This document shows positions 26,414-34,898 of a stretch of DNA of 55,426 bases, piece after piece. The stretch covers positions 1 to 55,426 of IMG/VR virus record IMGVR_UViG_3300045253_000025, one strand, 5' to 3'. This stretch comes from a virus. Lineage: Duplodnaviria; Caudoviricetes. The translations under genes were made by a program, and so were the position numbers. Below the pieces are notes generated by a model, which was given only the letters and a program-made list of their open reading frames with translations, was not told where the DNA came from and searched no databases. How positions within the stretch are numbered: position 1 is the stretch's first letter; each line of letters begins with the position of its first letter.

Positions 26414-26580
26414 CCCGAATAGTAATGCTGCTTGACTTTCTCCCGCCGTTCGCTGGCTTGAGTTCGGCCCTTCGCTCGAATCCCTTTCTCACGCTTCGCC
26501 AAGTCAGAACGATTCCAGTGACCGAACTTCCTTTTTCGATTACGAAAAGAAGCAATCAGTCGCTTGGTTCCGTATTTCAT
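26410..26580 (-). CDS. Small basic tagged-family protein (MKYGTKRLIASF)
   Basis: 56 aa by manual translation. Confidence 0.85.
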   Translation of the reverse strand: MKYGTKRLIASFRNRKRKFGHWNRSDLAKREKGIRAKGRTQASERREKVKQHYYSG

Positions 26581-26770
26581 TTCAAGGAGAACGAAGGATT
26601 AAGTCAAGAGTTACGAGATAATCGACGGTAAAACTTTCGGCTTAAAGTCGGTCTTCCTCGTTGTCTCTTACTACAAAGAGTTGTTTTCTTTAGATCATTC
26701 CCAGAGGGAGTTGTAATCGGAAGTGATCCGAATCCTTTACGAGACATTCGCTCAATCCAATCAATCCGCA

Positions 26771-27019
26771 TCACTCCCCTCGCTGTCGAAGGTCTTCACG
26801 GATCGCATAAGACAGACCGCATAGCACCATCGAAAAGAATCCCGCTACGAGTCCTTCACCCCACCCCAATTCTTCAATCTCGATTCCGATGGGGAGATGC
26901 AACAGGAGATAAATATCGGCAACCAGACCAGCAACTCCCAGCACCATGACCGCTGCCCAGAAGGCGCGGCGGAGGAAGCGGTAGAGATGGATGAGGGGAT
27001 GATGAGGATTCATTACCAC
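26771..27019 (-). CDS. Small membrane protein
   Basis: Two hydrophobic segments. Confidence 0.55.
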   Translation of the reverse strand: MVMNPHHPLIHLYRFLRRAFWAAVMVLGVAGLVADIYLLLHLPIGIEIEELGWGEGLVAGFFSMVLCGLSYAIREDLRQRGE

Positions 27020-27109
27020 AATCCTTACCCATCACTCGGATACATTCAATAGGGATTTTCGAGTAAGCTGGGAGAAACCTGCGGTTTTTCTAAAGAAGAA
27101 AGGGATAAC

Positions 27110-28453
27110 ATGGCGATCAACTATACGACTCTATTTCAAGACTTAGGCGAATTCCTCGAAGGGATCAACGAGAAATACACTTGGATGACAACGACGCTTC
27201 CGGCTCGGTACTCGGAGATCGGAGTCCAGTTATCGGGGAATGGTCGCTACGATACGCTCGATGGGCTGGAGCCGCTGTATGAGTCCTTCCAGGACCAGAC
27301 ACTCGGCTGGATCGGGATTCTGCAATCGTATGCGTCCAGGCGGTTGACCCATCTGACGACGATCATCGAGCAGTTGCCTTTGCCGATCGGAGCCGGGATC
27401 AGTCAAGTGCTGGCGGAATTGATTCGGGATATGATCGCTAACTCCCAGACGATCAATAAATCGACCGTGACGCTGGGATCGGTTACGGCCAATGGAACGA
27501 ACATCGGGGATACCACGATTCTGACGACTAAGCTCCTGGATGGAGTCACTCCGCCTTGGCAGCAGGCAAACGCGATCCCGCAGTATGCGAATGTGAACAG
27601 TGAACTGGTGGTAGCGTCGGAGACGATCACGCTGACTTGTACTCGTGACTCGGAGACGGATGGGGTCAGTGAGGGGTCGGAGTCGTGGGACTGGCAGGGA
27701 GGAGCGTCGGGAGGGAATCTCTACGACTGGCGGGGAGAGGGGTCGGGGTCAGGACCGTCGATCCAGACAGCGAACGCGGCAGGGATCGTGACCAATGGCG
27801 AGTTCGAGAATTTCACTGTCGCCAATACGCCGGATAACTGGGCGGTTGATAATGGGACGGTAGGGACAACGATCTTGAAAGATGCTTCCGATTTTAAGAG
27901 AGGGGCGGCGTCATTGAAGTTTACCGGGAATGGAGCGGAGGCGACTCAGCAGATCAGCCAGCCGATCACGACGCTGACTCCGCTGCGATGCTATGGAGTC
28001 GCGTTATGGGTCAAAGGGCAATCGGGAATTGCAGCAGGAGCCTTGACGATCTCGTTTACCGGGACGGGATATTCCGCTTCCTCGACGGAGAAGATCAGTC
28101 TCAATGCGGCGGCTCTAGCGGCTCTGACTAGCTGGACGCTGAAGAATTTCTTCGTCGTCTTACCGGCGACGTTGCCTTCGGATTGGAAGCTCGTGATCTC
28201 AGTCGGCTCGACGTTGACTAATGCAAAGTCGGTTCGGTTCGATGGGCTGGTCGTCAAGCCAGTGGACTATCATGGCGGATTTGGAGTAATCGCGGTTGCA
28301 GGCGCAACTCCGGCCCTGAGACGGGATCGGTATACGTTTACCGTGGCGAACAATGACGCGGGAGTCTTCCAGAAATTCATGCGGAAGACTTACTTGACCC
28401 AGCTACCTTCTTCCGCTTCGTCTTCGATTGATGACGCTCTGGCAAGCGATTGA
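27110..28453 (+). CDS. Putative virion protein with a carbohydrate-binding-like domain
   Basis: NGEFE....PDNW, GAASLKF, FDGL pattern of CBM4/9-like jelly rolls; SD AGGGA. Confidence 0.6.
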   Translation: MAINYTTLFQDLGEFLEGINEKYTWMTTTLPARYSEIGVQLSGNGRYDTLDGLEPLYESFQDQTLGWIGILQSYASRRLTHLTTIIEQLPLPIGAGISQVLAELIRDMIANSQTINKSTVTLGSVTANGTNIGDTTILTTKLLDGVTPPWQQANAIPQYANVNSELVVASETITLTCTRDSETDGVSEGSESWDWQGGASGGNLYDWRGEGSGSGPSIQTANAAGIVTNGEFENFTVANTPDNWAVDNGTVGTTILKDASDFKRGAASLKFTGNGAEATQQISQPITTLTPLRCYGVALWVKGQSGIAAGALTISFTGTGYSASSTEKISLNAAALAALTSWTLKNFFVVLPATLPSDWKLVISVGSTLTNAKSVRFDGLVVKPVDYHGGFGVIAVAGATPALRRDRYTFTVANNDAGVFQKFMRKTYLTQLPSSASSSIDDALASD

Positions 28454-28560
28454 TCTCGTGATGAGTTGCATCGAGCCAGGAGGACCAGCGAGTCTTTCTT
28501 AGAATCGCATCCGTTGGGGTCAGAGCTACCGCAGACTTGATGAACGGTCGGAGCGGATAG

Positions 28561-28788
28561 TCAACAGAAGCAGCCGTATTGGTGCAGGATTTCATGGATG
28601 GGGACTCCAGTAACATCGACTTCAATCTCATCGAATTGCTCGACGGCTAACTCGTGAAGCTCAAGAGAGCCGGGCTGAGACTTAGCAGCGAATTGGATTG
28701 GGCCGAAGGGGACGATCCGACCGAGAGCATCCGACCAGTGAGCTTTGCGGAAGTAGCGGACGCGGCGGGGAGTCTGGACGGGGATCAT
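28561..28788 (-). CDS. Hypothetical protein
   Basis: ATGA-coupled to the ACP gene. Confidence 0.5.
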   Translation of the reverse strand: MIPVQTPRRVRYFRKAHWSDALGRIVPFGPIQFAAKSQPGSLELHELAVEQFDEIEVDVTGVPIHEILHQYGCFC

Positions 28789-29036
28789 GGTTTGGCCTGC
28801 TCCTTCCTGATCCAATCGACTAGCTGGCCGACTGTCTCGATACGATGGCCGTTGCTCTCGCTGCCTATCACATCATCGGGAATCGAGAGGTTTAACTCCT
28901 CCTCCAGATTCATCACGATCTCCACGATGTCCAGGGAATCCATTTGCAGGTCACGGATGAAGTCAGTATCGGGAGTGACATCGACTCCCATCTGCTGCTT
29001 GAAGATATCGGCTACGCGAGTGAACAGATCATCCAT
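28785..29036 (-). CDS. acpP: Acyl carrier protein
   Basis: Acidic 83 aa; DLQMDSLDIVEIVMNLEEE phosphopantetheine site. Confidence 0.9.
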   Translation of the reverse strand: MDDLFTRVADIFKQQMGVDVTPDTDFIRDLQMDSLDIVEIVMNLEEELNLSIPDDVIGSESNGHRIETVGQLVDWIRKEQAKP

Positions 29037-29038
29037 GA

Positions 29039-29305
29039 CTAGGTTTCCTTGTCGGAAGTCGAAGGGGCGAAGTGCGGAGTCCCTTGCTCGATGGCCGGAA
29101 GTGGACGACTAGGGATTGGCAGGATGCGATCCAGGGAATCGTGGTCTAAGGAACGGAGGAACTTCTGCTTGACGATCTCGCCTTCGAGAACTAGCTGGCG
29201 GGAATGAAGCGATTGAATCTCCGTCTCCAGGTTTGTCGTGATATGCTCCCAAACGACATTGGAGACGGCGAAGCAGACGGCGAGGATTAAGGCTAAGGCT
29301 TTCAT
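29039..29305 (-). CDS. Secreted or membrane-anchored small protein
   Basis: N-terminal hydrophobic signal plus short coiled coil. Confidence 0.55.
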   Translation of the reverse strand: MKALALILAVCFAVSNVVWEHITTNLETEIQSLHSRQLVLEGEIVKQKFLRSLDHDSLDRILPIPSRPLPAIEQGTPHFAPSTSDKET

Positions 29306-29353
29306 TTGGAAGTGATCCTAAACGGGTGTGAAAATAGAATCAATACCAGATAT

Positions 29354-29382
29354 ACCCTAGCTGAAGTCTCAAAAACTGTCAA
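29354..29382 (-). promoter_or_regulatory. Sigma70-type promoter with motif C in its spacer
   Basis: TTGACA-gtttttgagacttcagc-TAGGGT. Confidence 0.65.
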
Positions 29383-29388
29383 GGTCAA

Positions 29389-29784
29389 TTATCTCCCGAA
29401 CCAGCCCCAGCCTTTCGGTTTCCCCGGCTTCTTGACTTTCTTCCCCCGGAAATAACGAAGCCCTTCCTTAGCCTTGATCTTGAGCTTCTTCTTCAGGCTT
29501 GCGCAGGCCCTCCGCTCCCTGTCGGCTTGCTTGTGACAGGATTCGCAGAGGAACTCGATGTCCTCGTCCCGCTCGCGTCCTAGCGTCAGGTAATGCTTGT
29601 GATGGGCAAACAGGGGATGCTTCTTGCTGGATCGCTTATAGCAGCGTTCGCAATAGCTAACCGGACGACGCCCGTCCGGTTTTTCTGAAGAAGAAAGGAA
29701 TCTACGATCGCGGATTGCGTTCCGCCTCTGTCGCCAGGATTCGGAGTTCAGGTAGCGGACGTACTGGCGGGAGCGTTTAGCCAT
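29389..29784 (-). CDS. HNH endonuclease
   Basis: YL.S..W, CERC, HHKHY...LCESCH. Confidence 0.85.
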   Translation of the reverse strand: MAKRSRQYVRYLNSESWRQRRNAIRDRRFLSSSEKPDGRRPVSYCERCYKRSSKKHPLFAHHKHYLTLGRERDEDIEFLCESCHKQADRERRACASLKKKLKIKAKEGLRYFRGKKVKKPGKPKGWGWFGR

Positions 29785-30100
29785 ATACCCCTCCTTTGGC
29801 TGCTAATAATACTTCTCAGAATACTCAGAGGGTCTGTAGGTGGAAGGATGACTCTAGAGTTTCGTAGACTGAACATATGTATATACTATACAACTACTGT
29901 ATTAGCTTTCTAGGAAGGGGTACTCTCCCCCTGAGTTTTTTGAGAAGAATTATTACTCTTTTCAACGATATCAATAATCTCCTTAAAGTCTTCCATCGGA
30001 ATTTCAATATAATGTTCCTGATCTGTTTTGAGGGTGACGGCCAGCTTTCCGACGATGATATCAACAACCCGGATAATCATTTCTTTCTCCTTCAGAAAAA

Positions 30101-30685
30101 CTACGCTGTCCAGATCGTTCCGACAGGATTCTTAGCGTTTGGGATTAGCTCTAGGACTGCTTGCCTGACTCTCGGTTCCTGGAAGTCGTGACCGCAGAGC
30201 AAGCCGTCAGGAGTCAGCAGATTCCGCCAGAGCATGATATCCCGATAGACCTCCTCGAAGTGATGATCCCCGTCGATAAAGACCAGATCAAGATGATCGA
30301 GCTGATTGCTTCTGATTCGCTTAGCGACTTCGATTGCTCCTTCTGCTGATGTCATGCGCAAGAGGACCAGCTTCCCAGAGTCGAGATACGTCTGGAGATT
30401 CTTCTTGGCTTCTGCTTCCAGCCAATCAGGACCACGGACGATCGAGTCCAGCATCGGATAGACGGCTCCATCGGACGAAGGGCAATCGTCTCCGGGATTC
30501 CCGATGAATGGATCGACTCCGATCACATAGCCATAGACGTGCTGAGCCAGGGCCGATGTTGAGCGTCCTTTCCAGACTCCGATCTCAGCGATGTACTTGC
30601 AGCAGGAGGCTTGCTGAGCTAGCCAGCGAAGCTCTTTGTCGGACATCCAGCCTTGAATGGTCTGGGAGTAGGAGATGTCGATCAT
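30101..30685 (-). CDS. Class I SAM methyltransferase (Methyltransf_24-like)
   Basis: EIGVWKGRST, DLVFIDGDH, GLLCGHDF. Confidence 0.85.
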   Translation of the reverse strand: MIDISYSQTIQGWMSDKELRWLAQQASCCKYIAEIGVWKGRSTSALAQHVYGYVIGVDPFIGNPGDDCPSSDGAVYPMLDSIVRGPDWLEAEAKKNLQTYLDSGKLVLLRMTSAEGAIEVAKRIRSNQLDHLDLVFIDGDHHFEEVYRDIMLWRNLLTPDGLLCGHDFQEPRVRQAVLELIPNAKNPVGTIWTA

Positions 30686-31629
30686 CGCTTCTCCTTGTAG
30701 GCTAGCGGCTCATCGTGATCGAGCGTTCCCCACTTCCCGCGATTCGGATATCGCATCTCTCCAACGTGATCCAAGAAGACCTTCTTAGTAGCGTAGACCT
30801 TGCACTTCCAATCCCAGAGCATCCAGGAGAATCGCCAGTCTTCCGAGTCGTGATCGACGTAATACTTCTCCCCGGTTCGGTTGTTGGGATGAGGTCGGTT
30901 TTCCGGTTCCCACGGTTCTCCAAATGAAACTTCTTTCTTCTCAACAGCAGGAGCGTAGATATGCGAGATGCAGTTGAAGGAAACCTTGAGTCTTTGCTGT
31001 GGGTAATTCGATGAGCCTTGAGGCGGATCGTAATACTCCGTAGCTGAGCACCAATCCTTGCGGAGATCAGCGATCCAACAGCCGGTATTGACCGTCAGGG
31101 GATGCTTGGGATAGCCGGTATCAGCGGAGGAGAAAGTATCTGGGGTCTGGATATCAAGCCCACCGTAGATACCGGGATGGTTCTTGGCAAGGATTCCTTC
31201 CTCCAATTCCTTGAGCGTGAATCGAAACAGCGGATTGATCCTGTCTTTGTGATCTCCGATCCCGCAAGAGGTCAGACCGTGAGCAGACTTCAAAGGACTG
31301 ATGGCGCTTACCACGTCTGCGCCTAGCCGCTCACACTCATCGACCAGTATATCGAGCCAGAAGACGACGGGAGCGATGTCGGTATGAAGCATAGCGAAGT
31401 GAGTAATCTCTCCTCGATCCCGATACTCCAGAGCTTCCGCCCAGAGGCGGTTGAAGCAGTTGCCCAGCATCGAGTCGGAATGATCCCGGACGAGGATCGG
31501 CTGCTTGTGATAGAAGTCGGGAGGGATGTAGTTCTTCGAGGTCGCAGTCAGGATTCCCGATAGCACTCCGCGATGGAGCCATGAGTCATACATCGGGATC
31601 GCCAGATAGACGCGGGGACGATCAGTCAT
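30682..31629 (-). CDS. GT-A fold glycosyltransferase
   Basis: VYLAIP, FAMLHTDI, SEDWRFS, LDHVG. Confidence 0.75.
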   Translation of the reverse strand: MTDRPRVYLAIPMYDSWLHRGVLSGILTATSKNYIPPDFYHKQPILVRDHSDSMLGNCFNRLWAEALEYRDRGEITHFAMLHTDIAPVVFWLDILVDECERLGADVVSAISPLKSAHGLTSCGIGDHKDRINPLFRFTLKELEEGILAKNHPGIYGGLDIQTPDTFSSADTGYPKHPLTVNTGCWIADLRKDWCSATEYYDPPQGSSNYPQQRLKVSFNCISHIYAPAVEKKEVSFGEPWEPENRPHPNNRTGEKYYVDHDSEDWRFSWMLWDWKCKVYATKKVFLDHVGEMRYPNRGKWGTLDHDEPLAYKEKR

Positions 31630-31674
31630 AGAAGCCTCCTTGAGTTATCGGAAGGCTACCACATTTTGAGACTT

Positions 31675-33162
31675 CTATCTACCCCAGACTCCAGGTATCG
31701 AAGAAGCTCCCCAAGCGGAAGGAACTGAATCAGAGGAGAGCGGGTTATCAGCAGAGCTATAGTTCGCTACTTCCAGGGCCGCATAAGCCAGCGTATCGAC
31801 GATATCGTCCTGCTGGCGGGGATGACCGATCCAGGCGAAGATTTCCGTCTCAGCGTCAGCCAGAGCCGAATCAGGCTGGGTAAATCGGTTGTCCGTGTTC
31901 TCGTGAATGTATTCCGGGAACCAGATTCTCCCGGCTTTCATCTGCACCATCGCGGGAGTCGCACGAGTAACCTTATCCGCTGCGCGTGGATTGAGACCGC
32001 GAATCGGAAGTCCCTTGCGTTGAGCGATCTGGAAGACTCCCAGATTCGCTCCATTGGATTCGATGGCAATGTAGTCTGGTCTCCAAAGCTGGTACGCTTC
32101 GTTGAGATGTGGAAAGATATCGGGAATCTCCTTTTGGAAGCGGACCATATCCCAAAAGATCAGATCGTTGTCGGGAGTGACGAACCACGTCGAGATGACC
32201 GTCCAGGACGGCTCGTCATTCTTGTAGACGGAAGCGCCTCCAGGCATCTCTCGAAGCGAAGCAGCGGGATCGACCGTCTGAAAGCATCTACAGGCGGCTC
32301 GGTGGATCGTCTTGCCGGTACGGCCAGGACCGAGATAGATGTAGTCGCCATGTAGGGAGTACCGCTTGACCCAATCGTACTTGAACCGACCAGCTTCCTG
32401 CACGTCCCAATTCCCGGCCAGCATTTGTTCCCTGGTTACGGGATCAAGTTCTTGCAAGGATTCGATGTAGCCTTCCTGATCGACGTGAGGGTTATCAGTG
32501 ACGAAGGAGGGAAGGTACAGACGGGAAGGATGAGTCCCTAAGAATTTCCCATTGACGTTTTTGATCTGGAACCGCTTCTTGAGCCAGCCGGAAGTAGCAG
32601 GGTCATTTCTCTTAGGCGGATTGGAAGCGCATCGCATCCGAAGCGGAGCGTTGATCTCGTTCCGCCTCCGCAAGCGAGTGAACAGGTACAGGTAGTCTTG
32701 CTCGTTGAAGTGTGACACCTCATCGAAGCCGACGTACTGGAACTCGGAGGAGTCGTATCGTGCATAGACATTGAAGTCTCCTAAGTAGCCGAACTGGAGG
32801 GAAGCTCCAGAGGGAAACGTAAAGCGGTTGTCTTGAGGGCTGAACTTTGCGTCGGTATCAGCAAGCCAAGTCAGAGCAACATTGAAGATCGAGGAGGACA
32901 TCTTCCCAGCGGTTAGCTCAGTACGGAAGATGATCGCGGAGTAACCTGGGACATCAACGTATTGCAAAGCGCCCATCAGGAGCCAGATCGACTTGCCTCC
33001 GCCAGCGGCTCCTCCAAATAGAATCTCTCGATTGGGGAGTGTCAGTCCGACGAGTTGCTTCGATGTCGGCTCGTAGGGGATATACTTCGTCCACTTAAGC
33101 GAGAAGCGATCCCGGAAGGATGAGAGCGATACGTTAAGAGGAGTAGAAGCGGCTCGGATCAT
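31675..33162 (-). CDS. terL: Terminase large subunit
   Basis: Walker A GGAAGGGKS, Walker B VGFDE, ASNP, nuclease DPA...DDIVD. Confidence 0.95.
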   Translation of the reverse strand: MIRAASTPLNVSLSSFRDRFSLKWTKYIPYEPTSKQLVGLTLPNREILFGGAAGGGKSIWLLMGALQYVDVPGYSAIIFRTELTAGKMSSSIFNVALTWLADTDAKFSPQDNRFTFPSGASLQFGYLGDFNVYARYDSSEFQYVGFDEVSHFNEQDYLYLFTRLRRRNEINAPLRMRCASNPPKRNDPATSGWLKKRFQIKNVNGKFLGTHPSRLYLPSFVTDNPHVDQEGYIESLQELDPVTREQMLAGNWDVQEAGRFKYDWVKRYSLHGDYIYLGPGRTGKTIHRAACRCFQTVDPAASLREMPGGASVYKNDEPSWTVISTWFVTPDNDLIFWDMVRFQKEIPDIFPHLNEAYQLWRPDYIAIESNGANLGVFQIAQRKGLPIRGLNPRAADKVTRATPAMVQMKAGRIWFPEYIHENTDNRFTQPDSALADAETEIFAWIGHPRQQDDIVDTLAYAALEVANYSSADNPLSSDSVPSAWGASSIPGVWGR

Positions 33163-33171
33163 GCTTCTATT

Positions 33172-33942
33172 CTACCGCATTACCTGCCAAGCTCGCTGGA
33201 TGGCTGCTGAGACTCGATTCGCATAGACCCCTTGCATCGAATACTGGAAGGGATGATCGGAGAGCTTGCGCAGGCAGACGAACAAGCAAGTAGATTCGGA
33301 AACGTAATTGAACTGTCGAGCTAGTTCGAGTACTCGCTCACGAGATTCGACTCCGAAATACTCTCCTTTATTCGTCGCATACATCGCCTCGATCTTGTAA
33401 TCATTCTCGACAGCCAGATCGAAGTACAACGTCGGTTGCAGATTGTAGAAGCCATGCTCGATCCATCCCGTCCAAGGAGACTCGTGGATCATCAGCCCTC
33501 CGGCTTTGCAGTAGTCGTGCATCGTCTTGAAGACTTGGCCGATGTTGAAGATATGCTCGGCAGTTCCATGATTGATAATCAGATCAATAGGGATCGTCCT
33601 ATCGGGAGGCTGATCGGGAGGCTCGTTCAAATTCATCCTTAAAGCTTTCTCATCTCCATGCAAATCAATCGAGACGATCTGCTTCGGAGAAAGGAATATC
33701 TCGTAGACGATCTCGGCTAGACGGCGGAGAGTTCGAGAAGTGGCACTCGATAGATTGCTGAGCGACTTGACTTCCTGCTGGAGACGATCAGGGAAGATAT
33801 CATCGAGCATCTCGCAAGGACTCATATCCCCATACCAAGTCGCCTGACCGATCTCTAGGATCGAGCCTCCCTTCGCAGTCTTCAGGACTCCGCTATTGGC
33901 TAGCTCCCGGAAGATTCGATACCAATCTTTAGTGATTGCCAT
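33172..33942 (-). CDS. Class I SAM methyltransferase-like protein
   Basis: ILEIG, IDL, NHGTAEHIFN, GGLMIH, HGFYN. Confidence 0.75.
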   Translation of the reverse strand: MAITKDWYRIFRELANSGVLKTAKGGSILEIGQATWYGDMSPCEMLDDIFPDRLQQEVKSLSNLSSATSRTLRRLAEIVYEIFLSPKQIVSIDLHGDEKALRMNLNEPPDQPPDRTIPIDLIINHGTAEHIFNIGQVFKTMHDYCKAGGLMIHESPWTGWIEHGFYNLQPTLYFDLAVENDYKIEAMYATNKGEYFGVESRERVLELARQFNYVSESTCLFVCLRKLSDHPFQYSMQGVYANRVSAAIQRAWQVMR

Positions 33943-33946
33943 AGGA

Positions 33947-34105
33947 CTACTCCTCCTCGTTGATGCAGGCTAACTCGTATTCCTTACGCTCGATCTGCTT
34001 CTCCAAATCCAGGATCGTATTGTCGAGAGCCTCCCGCGATCGCTCGGCTTGAGTCAGCCGGGTACGGAGATCGTCTAGCTCTTGGCGGATTTGAGTAGCG
34101 GTCAT
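33947..34105 (-). CDS. 52-aa coiled-coil protein
   Basis: Manual translation MTATQIRQELDDLR...; fills the gap between neighbours. Confidence 0.5.
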   Translation of the reverse strand: MTATQIRQELDDLRTRLTQAERSREALDNTILDLEKQIERKEYELACINEEE

Positions 34106-34107
34106 TG

Positions 34108-34473
34108 CTATTTCTTTCCGACCGTAATCCCCATCGTCTGCATCCAGGCGGAAGCATACATATTCGCGGCTTCGGCTACGGCGACGACGTTGCAGGGGAT
34201 GACGGTATCCCGCTGGTTGATAAGCCTCTCTAGCTCGGCTTCTTCGTCATCGGAGCAGCCGATTCCCTTGGCTTCCAGTTCCGCAATCCGATAGTTGTTG
34301 ACTCCTGACCCCTGACGAGCAAAGCCGAAGTCGATGGCGGCTAGCTGAGCGAGGCAAGCGATTGAGGCTTGATGAAACAGAGCGAACGCTTGAGCTTCCA
34401 GCATTTGCTTTTGAGCAATGGGATCGGTTGCCATTGCTCGTAGCATATCGGGAGTAAGAACCGGACCGGGCAT
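34108..34473 (-). CDS. Hypothetical protein
   Basis: SD AAGGAGG upstream. Confidence 0.65.
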   Translation of the reverse strand: MPGPVLTPDMLRAMATDPIAQKQMLEAQAFALFHQASIACLAQLAAIDFGFARQGSGVNNYRIAELEAKGIGCSDDEEAELERLINQRDTVIPCNVVAVAEAANMYASAWMQTMGITVGKK

Positions 34474-34490
34474 GGAGACCTCCTTGAGTT

Positions 34491-34835
34491 TTAGACGACT
34501 TCGTATCGAGCTTCTTCTTCAGCCAGCATGTATTCGGCCATGTCGAACGCATTACGGCGGTAAGCGGCTAGCTGCTCCCGCTGGAAGCAGCGAGGGTCAA
34601 TCAGCCCTAAGCGAGCGCAGAAGCCGGAGATGATTCCTGAAGCATAGATGCGGATCGCCTGGACTTGAGCCATTGTCATCGGCTGATCTCCGGGAGCAGG
34701 CTCTTTCGGGAGATCACGCTCCGGGAGTACCTGGAGATGGGAGAGATCGTGACCCTTCCGCTTGGCTTCCGCGATATCTTGTTCAGTTGGAGGATCAATC
34801 TTCGGTCTTGGTCCGATCTGATGATTTCTCCCCAT
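34491..34835 (-). CDS. Hypothetical protein
   Basis: 114-aa ORF in the operon run. Confidence 0.6.
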   Translation of the reverse strand: MGRNHQIGPRPKIDPPTEQDIAEAKRKGHDLSHLQVLPERDLPKEPAPGDQPMTMAQVQAIRIYASGIISGFCARLGLIDPRCFQREQLAAYRRNAFDMAEYMLAEEEARYEVV

Positions 34836-34898
34836 GATTCGCTCCGTCGTTTAGCTTCGTGCTGATTGGGGAAAGCGTAGCAGTAGAGGGGAAGCTTG

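Noticed and set aside
26579-26607. TTGACT-17-TGAAAT as the late promoter
   Set aside because: The -10 box overlaps the ATG of the 26580 microgene, so it cannot transcribe that gene; unsupported.
30101-33942. Methyltransferases as restriction-modification DNA methylases
   Set aside because: No DNA-MTase catalytic motifs; they resemble small-molecule or glycan methyltransferases.
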